A stretch of 64,000 bases of DNA, from the NCBI GenBank assembly GCA_964654065.1, contig CAZZHN010000005.1:3909-67908 (forward strand). Direction: 5' to 3'. Shown piece by piece: positions 18,660 to 27,968 of the stretch. The notes below the pieces were generated by a model. The model ran no database searches and had not been told where the DNA came from. It worked only from the letters and a program-made list of their open reading frames with translations. Position 1 is the stretch's first letter. Each line of letters opens with the position of its first letter. Both the position numbers and the translations under genes were made by a program. This DNA is from an uncultured Solibacteraceae bacterium. Lineage in GTDB: Bacteria; Acidobacteriota; Terriglobia; Bryobacterales; Bryobacteraceae.

Positions 18660-18763
18660 GTAACGCCGGCGGTCTTCGCCGCCGGTGTCTTTTGGGGCAA
18701 TCGAAGAACACAGGCAATTAAAGAAACGCCAAAATCACCGACGGCAAAGACCGCCGGCGCTAC
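18660..18763. repeat. REP-like doublet (family 2): two inverted GTA[A/G]+CGCCGGCGG hairpin units, tail-to-tail
   Basis: Plus strand 18660-18687 reads GTAACGCCGGCGGTCTTCGCCGCCGGTG. Minus strand of 18736-18763 reads GTAGCGCCGGCGGTCTTTGCCGTCGGTG. The two are separated by 48 nt in the padR/rsmB intergenic region. Confidence 0.6.
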
Positions 18764-18799
18764 GGCTGCGCAGCTCACATCTGTTACCCTGCCCATGAA

Positions 18800-19888
18800 A
18801 TGACCATCGCGCCTGCGCGCCAGACCGCGTTTGCCGTGCTGCTGAGAGTAGAGGGCGGCGGCTGGGCTTCGGATCTTCTGCTGGCGGCGACGGCGGGGCT
18901 CGATTCCCGCGATGCAGGCCTCGCTTCCGAAATTGTATTCGGCGTGCTGCGCTGCCGGGCGCAGCTCGATTTTCTGATCGAGCATTATGGCGGCCCGCGG
19001 CGGCTGGACGTGGAAGTGCGGCAGGCGCTGCGGATGGGCATCTACCAGCTTCGCTACCTGGCGCGCGTCCCGGCACATGCGGCGGTTGCGGAGAGCGTGG
19101 AACTGGTGAAGCGGGCGCGCAAGCGGTCGGCGGCGGGGATGGTGAATGCGGTGCTCCGCAAAGTGGACCGCGCGCCGGTCGAGTGGCCCACCCGCGAGGT
19201 GGAGCTTTCGTGTCCGGAGTGGCTGCTGGAACGCTGGGAGCGGCATCACGGTCGCGACGCCGCGCGCGGCATCGCTCTGGCGGCGCTCCAAGAGCCGGAG
19301 AAGTATGTGCGTGTTTCCTCGGCGGGCACGCGTTTCCAGGACATCGGCTCGCAATCGATCGTGCCGCTGCTCGAGCTCGAACCGGGCCATGCGTTCCTCG
19401 ATCTGTGCGCGGCGCCGGGCAACAAAACGGCGCAGGCGCTCGAAGCCGGCGTGCGCGCCGTGGCCTGTGATCTGCACCTGCATCGCCTGCGCGAATTAAA
19501 GGGTATGGCAGCCGAGCTGGTGGTTTTGGATGGAACGAAGCCGCTGCCGCTGGCGCGCCGCTTCGACCGCATCCTGGTGGATGCGCCGTGCTCGGGAACC
19601 GGGACGCTGGGGCGCAACCCGGAGATCAAGTGGCGCCTGCGGCCGGACGATCTGACCGATCTGCAAGGCCGGCAAACCGCGCTCCTGCGCCATGCGCTGG
19701 CGGTGCTGGCGCCGGGCGGCCGGCTGGTGTATTCCACCTGCTCGCTGGAACCGGAAGAGAACCAGCAGGTGGTGGCGGAAGCAGCGGCGGGGCGCGCCAT
19801 TGCCGTGTGGGAGCGCCTTCCGGGCCGCGACGCGGGAGATGGTTTCTGGGCCGCTGTGATAAAATCAGACGAATCCGCACATGGTTGA
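18800..19888 (+). CDS. rsmB: 16S rRNA (cytosine-C5)-methyltransferase RsmB/Sun family
   Basis: NusB-like N-terminal domain followed by FQDIGSQ, DLCAAPGNKT, DAPCSGTGTLGRNPEIKWR and STCSLEPEENQ. Confidence 0.75.
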   Translation: MTIAPARQTAFAVLLRVEGGGWASDLLLAATAGLDSRDAGLASEIVFGVLRCRAQLDFLIEHYGGPRRLDVEVRQALRMGIYQLRYLARVPAHAAVAESVELVKRARKRSAAGMVNAVLRKVDRAPVEWPTREVELSCPEWLLERWERHHGRDAARGIALAALQEPEKYVRVSSAGTRFQDIGSQSIVPLLELEPGHAFLDLCAAPGNKTAQALEAGVRAVACDLHLHRLRELKGMAAELVVLDGTKPLPLARRFDRILVDAPCSGTGTLGRNPEIKWRLRPDDLTDLQGRQTALLRHALAVLAPGGRLVYSTCSLEPEENQQVVAEAAAGRAIAVWERLPGRDAGDGFWAAVIKSDESAHG

Positions 19889-20555
19889 AATCGTCCCCTC
19901 CATTCTGTCCGCGGACTTCGCGCGCCTGGCCGAAGAAATCGCTTCGGTGGAGCGCGGCGGGGCCACCATCCTCCATCTCGACGTGATGGACGGCCATTTT
20001 GTGCCCAATATTACGATCGGGCCGCCGGTGGTCGAATCGATTCGCAAGGCCACGCGCGCGCACCTGGATTGCCACCTCATGATCGAGCGTCCGGAGCGGT
20101 ACGCCAAGGCCTTCGTCGAGGCGGGCGCGAATTCGGTTTCGGTGCATTATGAAGCCTGCCGCCACCTGGATGCGACGCTGACCATGATCAAAGAAGCGGG
20201 CGCGATGGCGGGTGTGGTTTTGAATCCGGCCACGCCGGTGGCGGTACTGGAAGACGTGCTGGAAGTGGCCGACTACGTGCTACTCATGAGCGTGAACCCG
20301 GGGTGGGGTGGCCAGAAGCTGATTCCGTATGTGTTCGAAAAGGCCCGCAAGCTGGAGCGCATGCGGCGCGAGAAGAAGTTAGCTTTTCCCATCGAAATCG
20401 ACGGCGGGATCCACCCGGAGAATCTGGCCGAAGCAGTACGCGCGGGGTGTGAATGGATCGTCACAGGGTCGGCCATCTTTCACAGTCCGAACCCGGAAGC
20501 CACTACGCGCGAGATGCGGGAAATTGCCGCCCAGGCGACCGCCATACAGTGCTGA
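19881..20555 (+). CDS. rpe: Ribulose-phosphate 3-epimerase
   Basis: PSILSADFARL...LHLDVMDGHFVPNITIGP...MSVNPGWGGQ...IEIDGG. Overlaps rsmB by 8 nt. Confidence 0.9.
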   Translation: MVEIVPSILSADFARLAEEIASVERGGATILHLDVMDGHFVPNITIGPPVVESIRKATRAHLDCHLMIERPERYAKAFVEAGANSVSVHYEACRHLDATLTMIKEAGAMAGVVLNPATPVAVLEDVLEVADYVLLMSVNPGWGGQKLIPYVFEKARKLERMRREKKLAFPIEIDGGIHPENLAEAVRAGCEWIVTGSAIFHSPNPEATTREMREIAAQATAIQC

Positions 20556-20603
20556 TGCGATCGGCGGCAAAACACCTGGCGGCAGATTGCTGGAGCTAGT
20601 GAA

Positions 20604-22073
20604 GTGAAATCGGTGCCTCTTATGTCGCGAAATGTCATCCGTCCTGCTGCCGTGCTGGCAGTGCTGTGCGCCCTGGCGCTGACCCCCGGCTGCGGGAAGA
20701 AGAAATACGAGAACCCGATCACCAAGGATACGCAGCAGCCGGATAAGGTGCTGTTCGACCGGGCGATCGACGACATCGAACACGCCCGCTACGAACAGGC
20801 CCGGCTGACGCTGCAAACCCTGATGAATACCTACGACACCAGCGAGTACCTGGCCAAAGCCAAGCTGGCGGTGGCCGATAGCTGGTATCGCGAGGGCGGC
20901 TCCCACGGGCTGGCGCAGGCCGAGGCCGAGTACAAGGACTTCATCCTGTTCTATCCGCAGCTGGAGGAAGCCGCGGAGGCGCAGGAGAAAGTCTGCAAGA
21001 TGCAGTACCAGCAAATGGACAAAGCGGATCGCGACCCGCTGCACGCGCGCCGCGCGGAGGACGAATGCCGGCAGCTGCTGGTGCAATTTCCCAATAGCAA
21101 GTTCGCACCCGACGCGCAGCAGTACCTGAGGATCGCCCAGGAGGTGCTGGGGGACGCGGAGTTTCGTGTGGGGTCGTTCTATTACAAGAGCAAAGGCAGC
21201 TTTCCGGCCGCTGCCAACCGGTTGACCGCGCTGACCGACCAGTTCCCGCTGTACAGCCGCGCGGATGACGCGCTGCTGTTGGAAGCCGATTCCTACCACC
21301 GCATGGGGGATCGGTACGAAGACCAGGAGGCGGCGGCGTATACGAGATTGGTTCGCGACTATCCGCTGAGTCCGCACGTGGCCGCAGCCACCAGTCAGCT
21401 CAAGGCCCGGAACCGGCCGGTGCCGGAGGCCGACCCGGTAGCTTACGCGCGCCAGAAATACGAAATGGAGAACCGCCGGAAGCGGAGCCTGCTGAGCAAG
21501 GCAGTGGGACCGTTTACCTCGCGCCCCGACACGCTGAACTCGGCCAAGTCCGGGTCGCCGCGGATGGAGACACTCAAACCGTACACGCCGGTGAGCGTAC
21601 CCGCCTCCGCCAAGGGCGGTGCGACGGACGGCCTCACGGGAGTCACCGCAGGCAGCGGCGGGAGCGATGTGAGTGTATCCACGGTGAACGACAGCAAGCT
21701 GATTGATGCGGCTCCGGACGCCCGCCAGAACCCCGGAACGCAGACGCAGCCGGCCGCGCCAGAAGCCGCCAAGGCCGCCCCGGGCGAGAAGCCGGCCCCA
21801 GGCGGGAAGCCGGCCCTGACTCCCGTCGCGTCGTCCGGCCCGGACGCTGCCCTGCCTCAAAACCACACTGGCAAGATGACGCCGGGGCAGCAGGCCAAGC
21901 TGATGAAGAAGCAGCAGGAACTGATGAAGAAGAAGCAGGAGATGATGGCCAAGGCGCAGAAGAAAGCGCAGGCAGATCAGGCCAAAAAGAAAAAGAAGGA
22001 AACAACCGCACCAGCGCCGGCCGCAACCCAACCACAGCCGGGGGATGCGGGAGGTAGTACCATCAAGCAATGA
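20604..22073 (+). CDS. bamD: Outer membrane protein assembly factor BamD-like lipoprotein with long low-complexity C-terminal tail
   Basis: Lipobox LTPGC. TPR-like BamD core (YEQARLTLQTL...YLAKAKLAVADSWY...FPNSKFAPDAQ...FPLYSRADDAL). C-terminal 150 aa are Pro/Ala then Lys/Gln-rich (KKQQELMKKKQEMMAKAQKKAQADQAKKKKK). Confidence 0.75.
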   Translation: MKSVPLMSRNVIRPAAVLAVLCALALTPGCGKKKYENPITKDTQQPDKVLFDRAIDDIEHARYEQARLTLQTLMNTYDTSEYLAKAKLAVADSWYREGGSHGLAQAEAEYKDFILFYPQLEEAAEAQEKVCKMQYQQMDKADRDPLHARRAEDECRQLLVQFPNSKFAPDAQQYLRIAQEVLGDAEFRVGSFYYKSKGSFPAAANRLTALTDQFPLYSRADDALLLEADSYHRMGDRYEDQEAAAYTRLVRDYPLSPHVAAATSQLKARNRPVPEADPVAYARQKYEMENRRKRSLLSKAVGPFTSRPDTLNSAKSGSPRMETLKPYTPVSVPASAKGGATDGLTGVTAGSGGSDVSVSTVNDSKLIDAAPDARQNPGTQTQPAAPEAAKAAPGEKPAPGGKPALTPVASSGPDAALPQNHTGKMTPGQQAKLMKKQQELMKKKQEMMAKAQKKAQADQAKKKKKETTAPAPAATQPQPGDAGGSTIKQ

Positions 22074-22867
22074 GCCGCGTTCTGCTGGTGGATGACAGCC
22101 CGCACGCGCAGCGGATGGGCGAGCGCATCCTGGCCGAAGAAGGCTACGAAGTCGTCACCGTCAGCAACGCCGAGGCCGCGCTAATCCGGCTGCAGGACGT
22201 GGATCCGGACGTGATTGTGGCGGACACGGTCATGCCTGGCCGCAGCGGTTACGACATCTGCCAGTACATCAAGATGAGCCCCCAGCACCGGCACGTGGGC
22301 GTGATTCTCACCGCCGGCGTCCTGGAAAAAGTGGATGAGGCGCAAGCCCAGCGGGTGGAAGCCGACGGAGTGCTGCACAAGCCGTTTGAAGCCTCGGCGC
22401 TGGTAGGGGCAGTGGGGCCGCTGGCGGAGAGAGCGCAGGAAACGCGCCGCCAAAACGCGCAAGGCGGCTTGGGCGCCCCGCGTCCCGCGGCGGCTGAAAC
22501 CGCGACGGCGGCAGCACCGTTCGTGGCCGTGGTGGATGCCGAGCAGGTGCGCGCCGCGGTGACGGTTGCGCTAGATGCTTCGATGGAGCGGATGGTGGAC
22601 GAAATCGCCAGGCACGTTCTGTCGGCGCTGGAAAGCCAGGAGGCAAAGCGTTCCTTGCCGGCTCATTCCGGCGCGCCAGTGGCGGACGAGGACCTGATGG
22701 ACATAGAGTCGCTGCCCACCGGGACAGAGGAAGCGGCGGCCGCCGAAGGCGAACAGAGCCCGTGGCCCGAGCCCGTGCACCGGGTGAAGCCGCTGCGCCG
22801 GCGCTCCGGCTCGATCCTGGGCCTGGATTACGCGTCCGGCCCGGAAGAGCCAGGAGCACCCGAATAG
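22070..22867 (+). CDS. Response regulator (canonical receiver domain) with uncharacterised Ala/Glu-rich C-terminal extension
   Basis: ATGA overlap with bamD. VLLVDDS, VIVADTVMPGRSG, ILTAG and HKPF motifs. Confidence 0.8.
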   Translation: MSRVLLVDDSPHAQRMGERILAEEGYEVVTVSNAEAALIRLQDVDPDVIVADTVMPGRSGYDICQYIKMSPQHRHVGVILTAGVLEKVDEAQAQRVEADGVLHKPFEASALVGAVGPLAERAQETRRQNAQGGLGAPRPAAAETATAAAPFVAVVDAEQVRAAVTVALDASMERMVDEIARHVLSALESQEAKRSLPAHSGAPVADEDLMDIESLPTGTEEAAAAEGEQSPWPEPVHRVKPLRRRSGSILGLDYASGPEEPGAPE

Positions 22868-22870
22868 ACT

Positions 22871-23371
22871 ATGCCCGATAACAGTTTTGATGTGGTTTCG
22901 AAGGTCGAAATTCCGGAAGTGCTGAATGCCGTGCAGCAGGCGCAGAAGGAAGTCCAGCAGCGCTACGACTTGAAGGATTCCCATTCCAGCATCGAGTTCA
23001 ACGAAAAGGACGCCAAGCTCGTGCTGGCCAGCAAGGACGAATTCAAGCTCAAGGCAGTGGTGGATATTCTGGAGTCGAAGCTGGTCAAGCGAAAGGTGCC
23101 GCTGAAGAATCTGAGCTTCGCGGCGGTGACGCCGGCGGCCGGATCGACGGTCCGCCAGGAAATTACCCTGCAGCAGGGCATCCCGACCGAGAAGGCGCGC
23201 GAAATCGTGAAAGCGATCAAAGACGCCAAGCTGAAAGTGCAGGCATCGATCCAGGGCGATTTCGTGCGCGTCGCCGGGCGGGACCGCGATACCCTGCAGC
23301 AGGCCATCCAGCTCTTGCGCGCGGCTGATTTCGGGCTGGAAATGCAGTTCACGAATTACCGGACGAACTAG
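22871..23371 (+). CDS. yajQ: YajQ-family nucleotide (c-di-GMP)-binding protein (UPF0234)
   Basis: MPDNSFDVVSKVEIPEVLNAVQQAQKEVQQRYDLK... is highly characteristic. 166 aa. Confidence 0.9.
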   Translation: MPDNSFDVVSKVEIPEVLNAVQQAQKEVQQRYDLKDSHSSIEFNEKDAKLVLASKDEFKLKAVVDILESKLVKRKVPLKNLSFAAVTPAAGSTVRQEITLQQGIPTEKAREIVKAIKDAKLKVQASIQGDFVRVAGRDRDTLQQAIQLLRAADFGLEMQFTNYRTN

Positions 23372-23484
23372 GTCAGCGGCGGGTTGACACGGAAGGGCCC
23401 GTCCCGCTCCTGGCGCGCCCGCTAGTGGGGCAGGCGATCCGCCTGCCAACTCTTTTTGTCGCTGTCTCCGCATGTAAAGAGCCC

Positions 23485-24117
23485 ATGACGCGCCGCATTG
23501 AATCGCACGAAATCGCCGGGCCCGCGGGCCGGTTGGAAGGGCTGCTGGAGGAACCGCACGACCGCGAGCCCTGGTGCGCGGTGGTTGTGTGCCATCCGCA
23601 CCCGCAGCACGGCGGGACTCTGCACAACAAGGTGGTCTACCGGCTGGCGCGCGGGCTGCGCCGCGCGGGGCTGGTGGTGCTGCGGTTCAATTATCGCGGG
23701 GTGGGCCGCAGCCAGGGAGAATACGCGGACCTGAAGGGAGAGATCGAAGACGCCCGCGCGGCATTGGCATGGCTGCGCGCGCGGTATTCGGGTTTGCCTC
23801 ACGCGCTGGCCGGCTTCTCCTTCGGCGCGCGGGTCATCACGCGTCTGGGATGCGAAATGGGCGCCGCGCGTTTTCTCATGGCGGCGGGATTTCCCACCTC
23901 CATGGGAGCTGCCGTGTACCTGGAACGCTGCGCCACTCCGAAGGTCTTCCTGCAGAGCACCAACGACCAATACGGACCGCGAGCCGAGCTGGAAGCCGCC
24001 GTGGCGCGATGGGCGGCGCCGAAGCGCGTCATCTGGATCGAAGCAACCGACCACTTTTTTGCGGAGGGGCTCGAAGCACTGGAAGAGCAGGTGGCGGCAG
24101 TGGCGGCAGAGTTGTAA
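23485..24117 (+). CDS. Alpha/beta hydrolase family protein
   Basis: Start at ATG 23485. HPHPQHGGTLHNKVV and nucleophile elbow GFSFG. 210 aa. Confidence 0.7.
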   Translation: MTRRIESHEIAGPAGRLEGLLEEPHDREPWCAVVVCHPHPQHGGTLHNKVVYRLARGLRRAGLVVLRFNYRGVGRSQGEYADLKGEIEDARAALAWLRARYSGLPHALAGFSFGARVITRLGCEMGAARFLMAAGFPTSMGAAVYLERCATPKVFLQSTNDQYGPRAELEAAVARWAAPKRVIWIEATDHFFAEGLEALEEQVAAVAAEL

Positions 24118-24140
24118 CTGTGGGATGCTGAACGGTTCTT

Positions 24141-24749
24141 ATGGATATCGTCACCGGCAAAGCGGGCTGGATTGAAGTCATCTGTGGGCCCATGTTTTCG
24201 GGCAAGAGCGAGGAACTGATCCGGCGCCTGCGCCGCGCCATGATCGCCCGCAAGCGGGTAGCGGTGTTCAAGCCGGTCATCGACGACCGCTATTCGGCCG
24301 GGGAAATTGTCTCTCACGGCGACCTGCGCCTGAACTCGCAGGTGGTTTCCGGCGCCAGCGAGATGCTGGAGCGGATCGACTGGCGGGCGGAAGTGGTGGG
24401 CGTCGACGAAGCCAATTTCATGGGCCCGGAGCTGGTGGATGTGGCGGGGCGCCTGGCCGACAGCGGCAAGCAGGTGATCATCGCCGGGCTGGATACGGAC
24501 TACCTGGGGCGGCCGTTCGCGCCAATTCCGGATTTGCTGGCGCAGGCCGAATCCATCACCAAGACGCTGGCAGTCTGCGTGCGCTGCGGCAACCCGGCCA
24601 AGCACACGCAGCGGTTGCGCGGCTCCGAGGACCTGATTGTGGTGGGCGCGGCGGATCTTTACGAAGCGCGCTGCCGGCGATGTTTCGAGCCCGGCATTCC
24701 CAAGCAGCAGGAAATCGATTTCGTGAAGGCCCGCAAGCACGAGCCGTAG
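24141..24749 (+). CDS. tdk: Thymidine kinase
   Basis: P-loop GPMFSGKSEELIRR, VDEANF, and Zn ribbon CVRCGNPA...CRRC. Confidence 0.9.
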   Translation: MDIVTGKAGWIEVICGPMFSGKSEELIRRLRRAMIARKRVAVFKPVIDDRYSAGEIVSHGDLRLNSQVVSGASEMLERIDWRAEVVGVDEANFMGPELVDVAGRLADSGKQVIIAGLDTDYLGRPFAPIPDLLAQAESITKTLAVCVRCGNPAKHTQRLRGSEDLIVVGAADLYEARCRRCFEPGIPKQQEIDFVKARKHEP

Positions 24750-24922
24750 CTGCTTATGGCGAGGGTGAGGCCTGGGCGCATTCGGAAATATTGTGACGAC
24801 TCTCGACGCGGCAGGGTGGGCGGCCCGCGCCAGGGCAGCTGGGTGCCGATCACGGCCCGCAGGCGGTGCGCCTAGTCCGCAGGGGACCGGACAGGCTAGA
24901 GTGGAAGGGAAGGAGTCTGGCA

Positions 24923-26941
24923 TTGTACAAGACCCTGTTTGTTCTCGCGCTGGCCGCCTGGAGTCTTTCCGGGCAGACCAAGGATCAGCCGGCCAGCGTG
25001 CTCGAATTCAACGTTAAGAATATCGACGCTACGGCGAATGCGTGCACGGATTTCTACCAGTATGCGTGCGGCAGCTGGCTGAAGAACAATCCGATTCCAG
25101 CGGATCAGTCGCGGTGGGGCCGGTTTGGCCAGTTGGAAGAGCACAATCGTGACGTGCTGCACGAGATTCTGGAGGCTTCCACCAAGCCGGACCCGAAGCG
25201 CGACGCCACGACTCGCCTGATCGGCGACTACTACGCGGCCTGCATGGACGAAAAGGCGGTGGAGGCCGCCGGACTGAAGCCGCTCGACGCCGAACTGGGG
25301 CGGATCCGCGGCATCAGGGACAAGGAGCAGCTGGCAGCAGCCATCGCGCATTTGCAGCGCGGCGGCGCCGACGTTATGTTCCAGTTCGGCTCCGGGCAGG
25401 ATTTCAAGGACTCCAACCAGGTGATCGCGCAAATCGACCAGGGCGGCCTGGGGCTGCCGGAGCGCGACTACTATGTGAAGCAGGACGCGGAGAGCGAGAA
25501 GCTGCGCCGTCAATATGTAGAGCACGTGGCGCGCATGTTCGTGCTGGCAGGCGAGCAACCGGCGGTGGCCAAGGCCCACGCGGAGACGGTGATGAAGATT
25601 GAGACCGCGCTCGCCCAGGGCTCGCTGGACATCGTGTCGCGGCGCGATCCGGAGAAGGTTTACCACAAGATGAGCGAGCGGGAAATGGAAGCGCTTACCC
25701 CCGCCTTTGCGTGGAAGGAATATTTGCGCCAGAGCGGGTCGCCGGATTTCGCGGCCATCGACGTGGCGTGGCCCGGGTTCCTGCAAGCGCTGAACGGCGC
25801 GATCCAACACTTCACCCTGGAGGACTGGAAGGTTTACCTGACGTGGCACCTGCTGCATTCCGATGCGCGCCTGCTGCCCGTGGCGTTCGTCAAAGAGAAC
25901 TTCGACTTCTTTGGCAAGACCCTGACGGGCACCACCGAGATGCGGCCGCGCTGGAAGCGGTGCGTGGACTTCACGGACGCCGAGCTGGGTGAAGCGCTGG
26001 GGAAGAAGTTCGTCGAGAAGACCTTCGGCGCCGAGGGGAAGGCGCGGACTCTGAAAATGGTGGACGCCCTGGAAAAGGCGCTCGGGCAGGACCTGGAACA
26101 ATTGCCGTGGATGACGGCGGAAACCAAGAAGCAGGCGCTGGTGAAACTGCATGCCATCACCAACAAGATCGGCTATCCGGAGCGATGGCGCGATTATTCC
26201 AGCGTGGCGATCCGGCGCGACGACCCGGTGGGCAATACGGACCGCACGGAGGCGTTTGAGTTCCAGCGGCAGCTAAACAAGATCGGCAAGCCGGTGGATC
26301 GCCAGGAGTGGACTATGACGCCGCCCACGGTGAACGCGTACTACGACCCTTTGATGAACAACATCAACTTCCCGGCGGGGATCCTGCAGCCGCCGTTCTA
26401 TGACAACGCGATGGACGATGCCGTGAACTTCGGCGGTATCGGCGCCGTGATCGGACACGAGCTGACCCACGGCTTTGACGATCAGGGCCGCCAGTTCGAT
26501 GCCCAGGGCAACCTGCGCGACTGGTGGACGCCGGAAGACGCCAAGGAATTCGAGAAGCGCGCGGCCTGCATCGATCAGGAGTACTCGAAGTTCGAGGTGG
26601 CGCCCGGCGCCAACGTGAATGGCAAGCTGACGCTGGGCGAGAACACAGCGGACAACGGCGGCGTGCGCATTGCGCTCATGGCCCTGTTGAACACGATCGG
26701 CGAAAGCCGCCAGAAGCTGGACGGCTTCACCCCCGAGCAGCGGGTGTTTTTGTCCTTCGGCCAGGTGTGGTGCGAAAGCGAGCGGGAAGAGTCGCTGCGC
26801 CTGCAGGTGAAGACGGATCCGCATGCGCCTGCCAGGGCGAGGGTGAACGGCGTGGTACAGAACATGCCGGAATTTCAGCGGGCGTTTTCCTGCAAGGCCG
26901 GCCAGCCGATGGTAAGCGCCAACGCGTGCAGGGTCTGGTAA
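24923..26941 (+). CDS. M13-family zinc metallopeptidase (PepO / endothelin-converting-enzyme-like), secreted
   Basis: HELTHGFDDQG zincin motif and ENTADNGG. I prefer the TTG at 24923 (GGAAGGAG 7 nt upstream, giving signal peptide MYKTLFVLALAAWSLSGQ). The ORF-track GTG at 24866 is the alternative. Confidence 0.85.
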   Translation: MYKTLFVLALAAWSLSGQTKDQPASVLEFNVKNIDATANACTDFYQYACGSWLKNNPIPADQSRWGRFGQLEEHNRDVLHEILEASTKPDPKRDATTRLIGDYYAACMDEKAVEAAGLKPLDAELGRIRGIRDKEQLAAAIAHLQRGGADVMFQFGSGQDFKDSNQVIAQIDQGGLGLPERDYYVKQDAESEKLRRQYVEHVARMFVLAGEQPAVAKAHAETVMKIETALAQGSLDIVSRRDPEKVYHKMSEREMEALTPAFAWKEYLRQSGSPDFAAIDVAWPGFLQALNGAIQHFTLEDWKVYLTWHLLHSDARLLPVAFVKENFDFFGKTLTGTTEMRPRWKRCVDFTDAELGEALGKKFVEKTFGAEGKARTLKMVDALEKALGQDLEQLPWMTAETKKQALVKLHAITNKIGYPERWRDYSSVAIRRDDPVGNTDRTEAFEFQRQLNKIGKPVDRQEWTMTPPTVNAYYDPLMNNINFPAGILQPPFYDNAMDDAVNFGGIGAVIGHELTHGFDDQGRQFDAQGNLRDWWTPEDAKEFEKRAACIDQEYSKFEVAPGANVNGKLTLGENTADNGGVRIALMALLNTIGESRQKLDGFTPEQRVFLSFGQVWCESEREESLRLQVKTDPHAPARARVNGVVQNMPEFQRAFSCKAGQPMVSANACRVW

Positions 26942-27019
26942 AAGGGGAATCGGAAGAGCCGGGCGCCTGATCGCGCCCCCAGCGAGCAACGCCAGGAGAA
27001 CGTTCCCAACCTCGCCGCG

Positions 27020-27964
27020 CTATCGGGCGCCTTCCAGGGTGGACTGCACCAGGTCGCCCAGCTGTTCCGCGCTGAACTCATTGCCTTCCAGGTTGGCGGC
27101 CAGCCTGCCTTGGCGGTCGATGACCGCCGTGCGCAGCGCATGGGTGAATGTGCCGTCGCTGCTCCAGAAGCTGACGCCAAACTCCCGGCACACGGCTTTC
27201 ACCGCCGGCGGCGGCCCGGTCAGGAAGTGCCATGAGCTGGGGTCCACCTTCCACGTGCTGGCGTACCTGGCTAGAACATCGGGCTGGTCGTTCACAGGAT
27301 CGAAGGTGATGCTGAGCAGCTCCAGGTCTTTTCCCAAACGGCCGGCGAAGCGCTTTTGCAAGCGCGCGAAATTGTTTGAGAGCCGCAGACAGTAATTGGG
27401 GAGCGGGCAGGTGGTGTAAAAAAATGTGAGCGCCACGATCCGGCCCCGGAATTCGGAGAGGGTGACGCGCCGCCCGGTCTGGTCGATCAAGGTAAAGTCG
27501 GGGACGAGCTGGCCTGGTGACAGGTCGTTGGTTCGCGCGATGCCTTGATCCTGCTCCTCGATCAGTTGCAGCCGCCGCGCGCGCAGGGCCTCCTGTTCCA
27601 GGCTTTGGAAGTGATGCAGGCGGATGTCCAGAACATAGGAGTCATCCTTCTCCACAACCAGGGTGAAGTCCACGAAGGCGCCCGGCTGCAAGCCGCTGAG
27701 CGCCTGCGGCTCTCGCACGGAAAACGGCATCACCATGGCCTCCATGTAGCCGGGGATGGCGTTAATGGACGCGACGATGGTTCGATGCGGCTGGTCGACC
27801 TTGAGGATGATGCCGGTTACGGGATAAGACTGGGCGGCGCGCATCCGCGCGGGCGCGACAGCGAGCGTCATGAGCAATAATGCAGCGGCGGGCGCCATGA
27901 GCCGTTCAGGCGCAGCACGCCGCCGGCGAGCTCCACAAGGGCCGGCTTGGGCAGGATGCAGCAT
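27020..27964 (-). CDS. SCO1/SenC-family copper chaperone fused to an N-terminal CusF-like metal-binding domain
   Basis: N-terminal part YPVTGIILKVDQPHRTIVASINAIPGYMEAMVMPFSV (Met-rich beta domain). Thioredoxin-fold part FRGRIVALTFFYTTCPLPNYC...H (Cys pair spaced CPLPNYC). ATG at 27898 is the alternative start. Confidence 0.8.
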   Translation of the reverse strand: MLHPAQAGPCGARRRRAAPERLMAPAAALLLMTLAVAPARMRAAQSYPVTGIILKVDQPHRTIVASINAIPGYMEAMVMPFSVREPQALSGLQPGAFVDFTLVVEKDDSYVLDIRLHHFQSLEQEALRARRLQLIEEQDQGIARTNDLSPGQLVPDFTLIDQTGRRVTLSEFRGRIVALTFFYTTCPLPNYCLRLSNNFARLQKRFAGRLGKDLELLSITFDPVNDQPDVLARYASTWKVDPSSWHFLTGPPPAVKAVCREFGVSFWSSDGTFTHALRTAVIDRQGRLAANLEGNEFSAEQLGDLVQSTLEGAR

Positions 27965-27968
27965 ATAG

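Noticed and set aside
26942-27019. Intrinsic terminator between pepO-like and SCO genes (GGGCGC-ctgat-GCGCCC).
   Set aside because: The stem is only 6 bp with no U-run on either strand, which is too weak to call.
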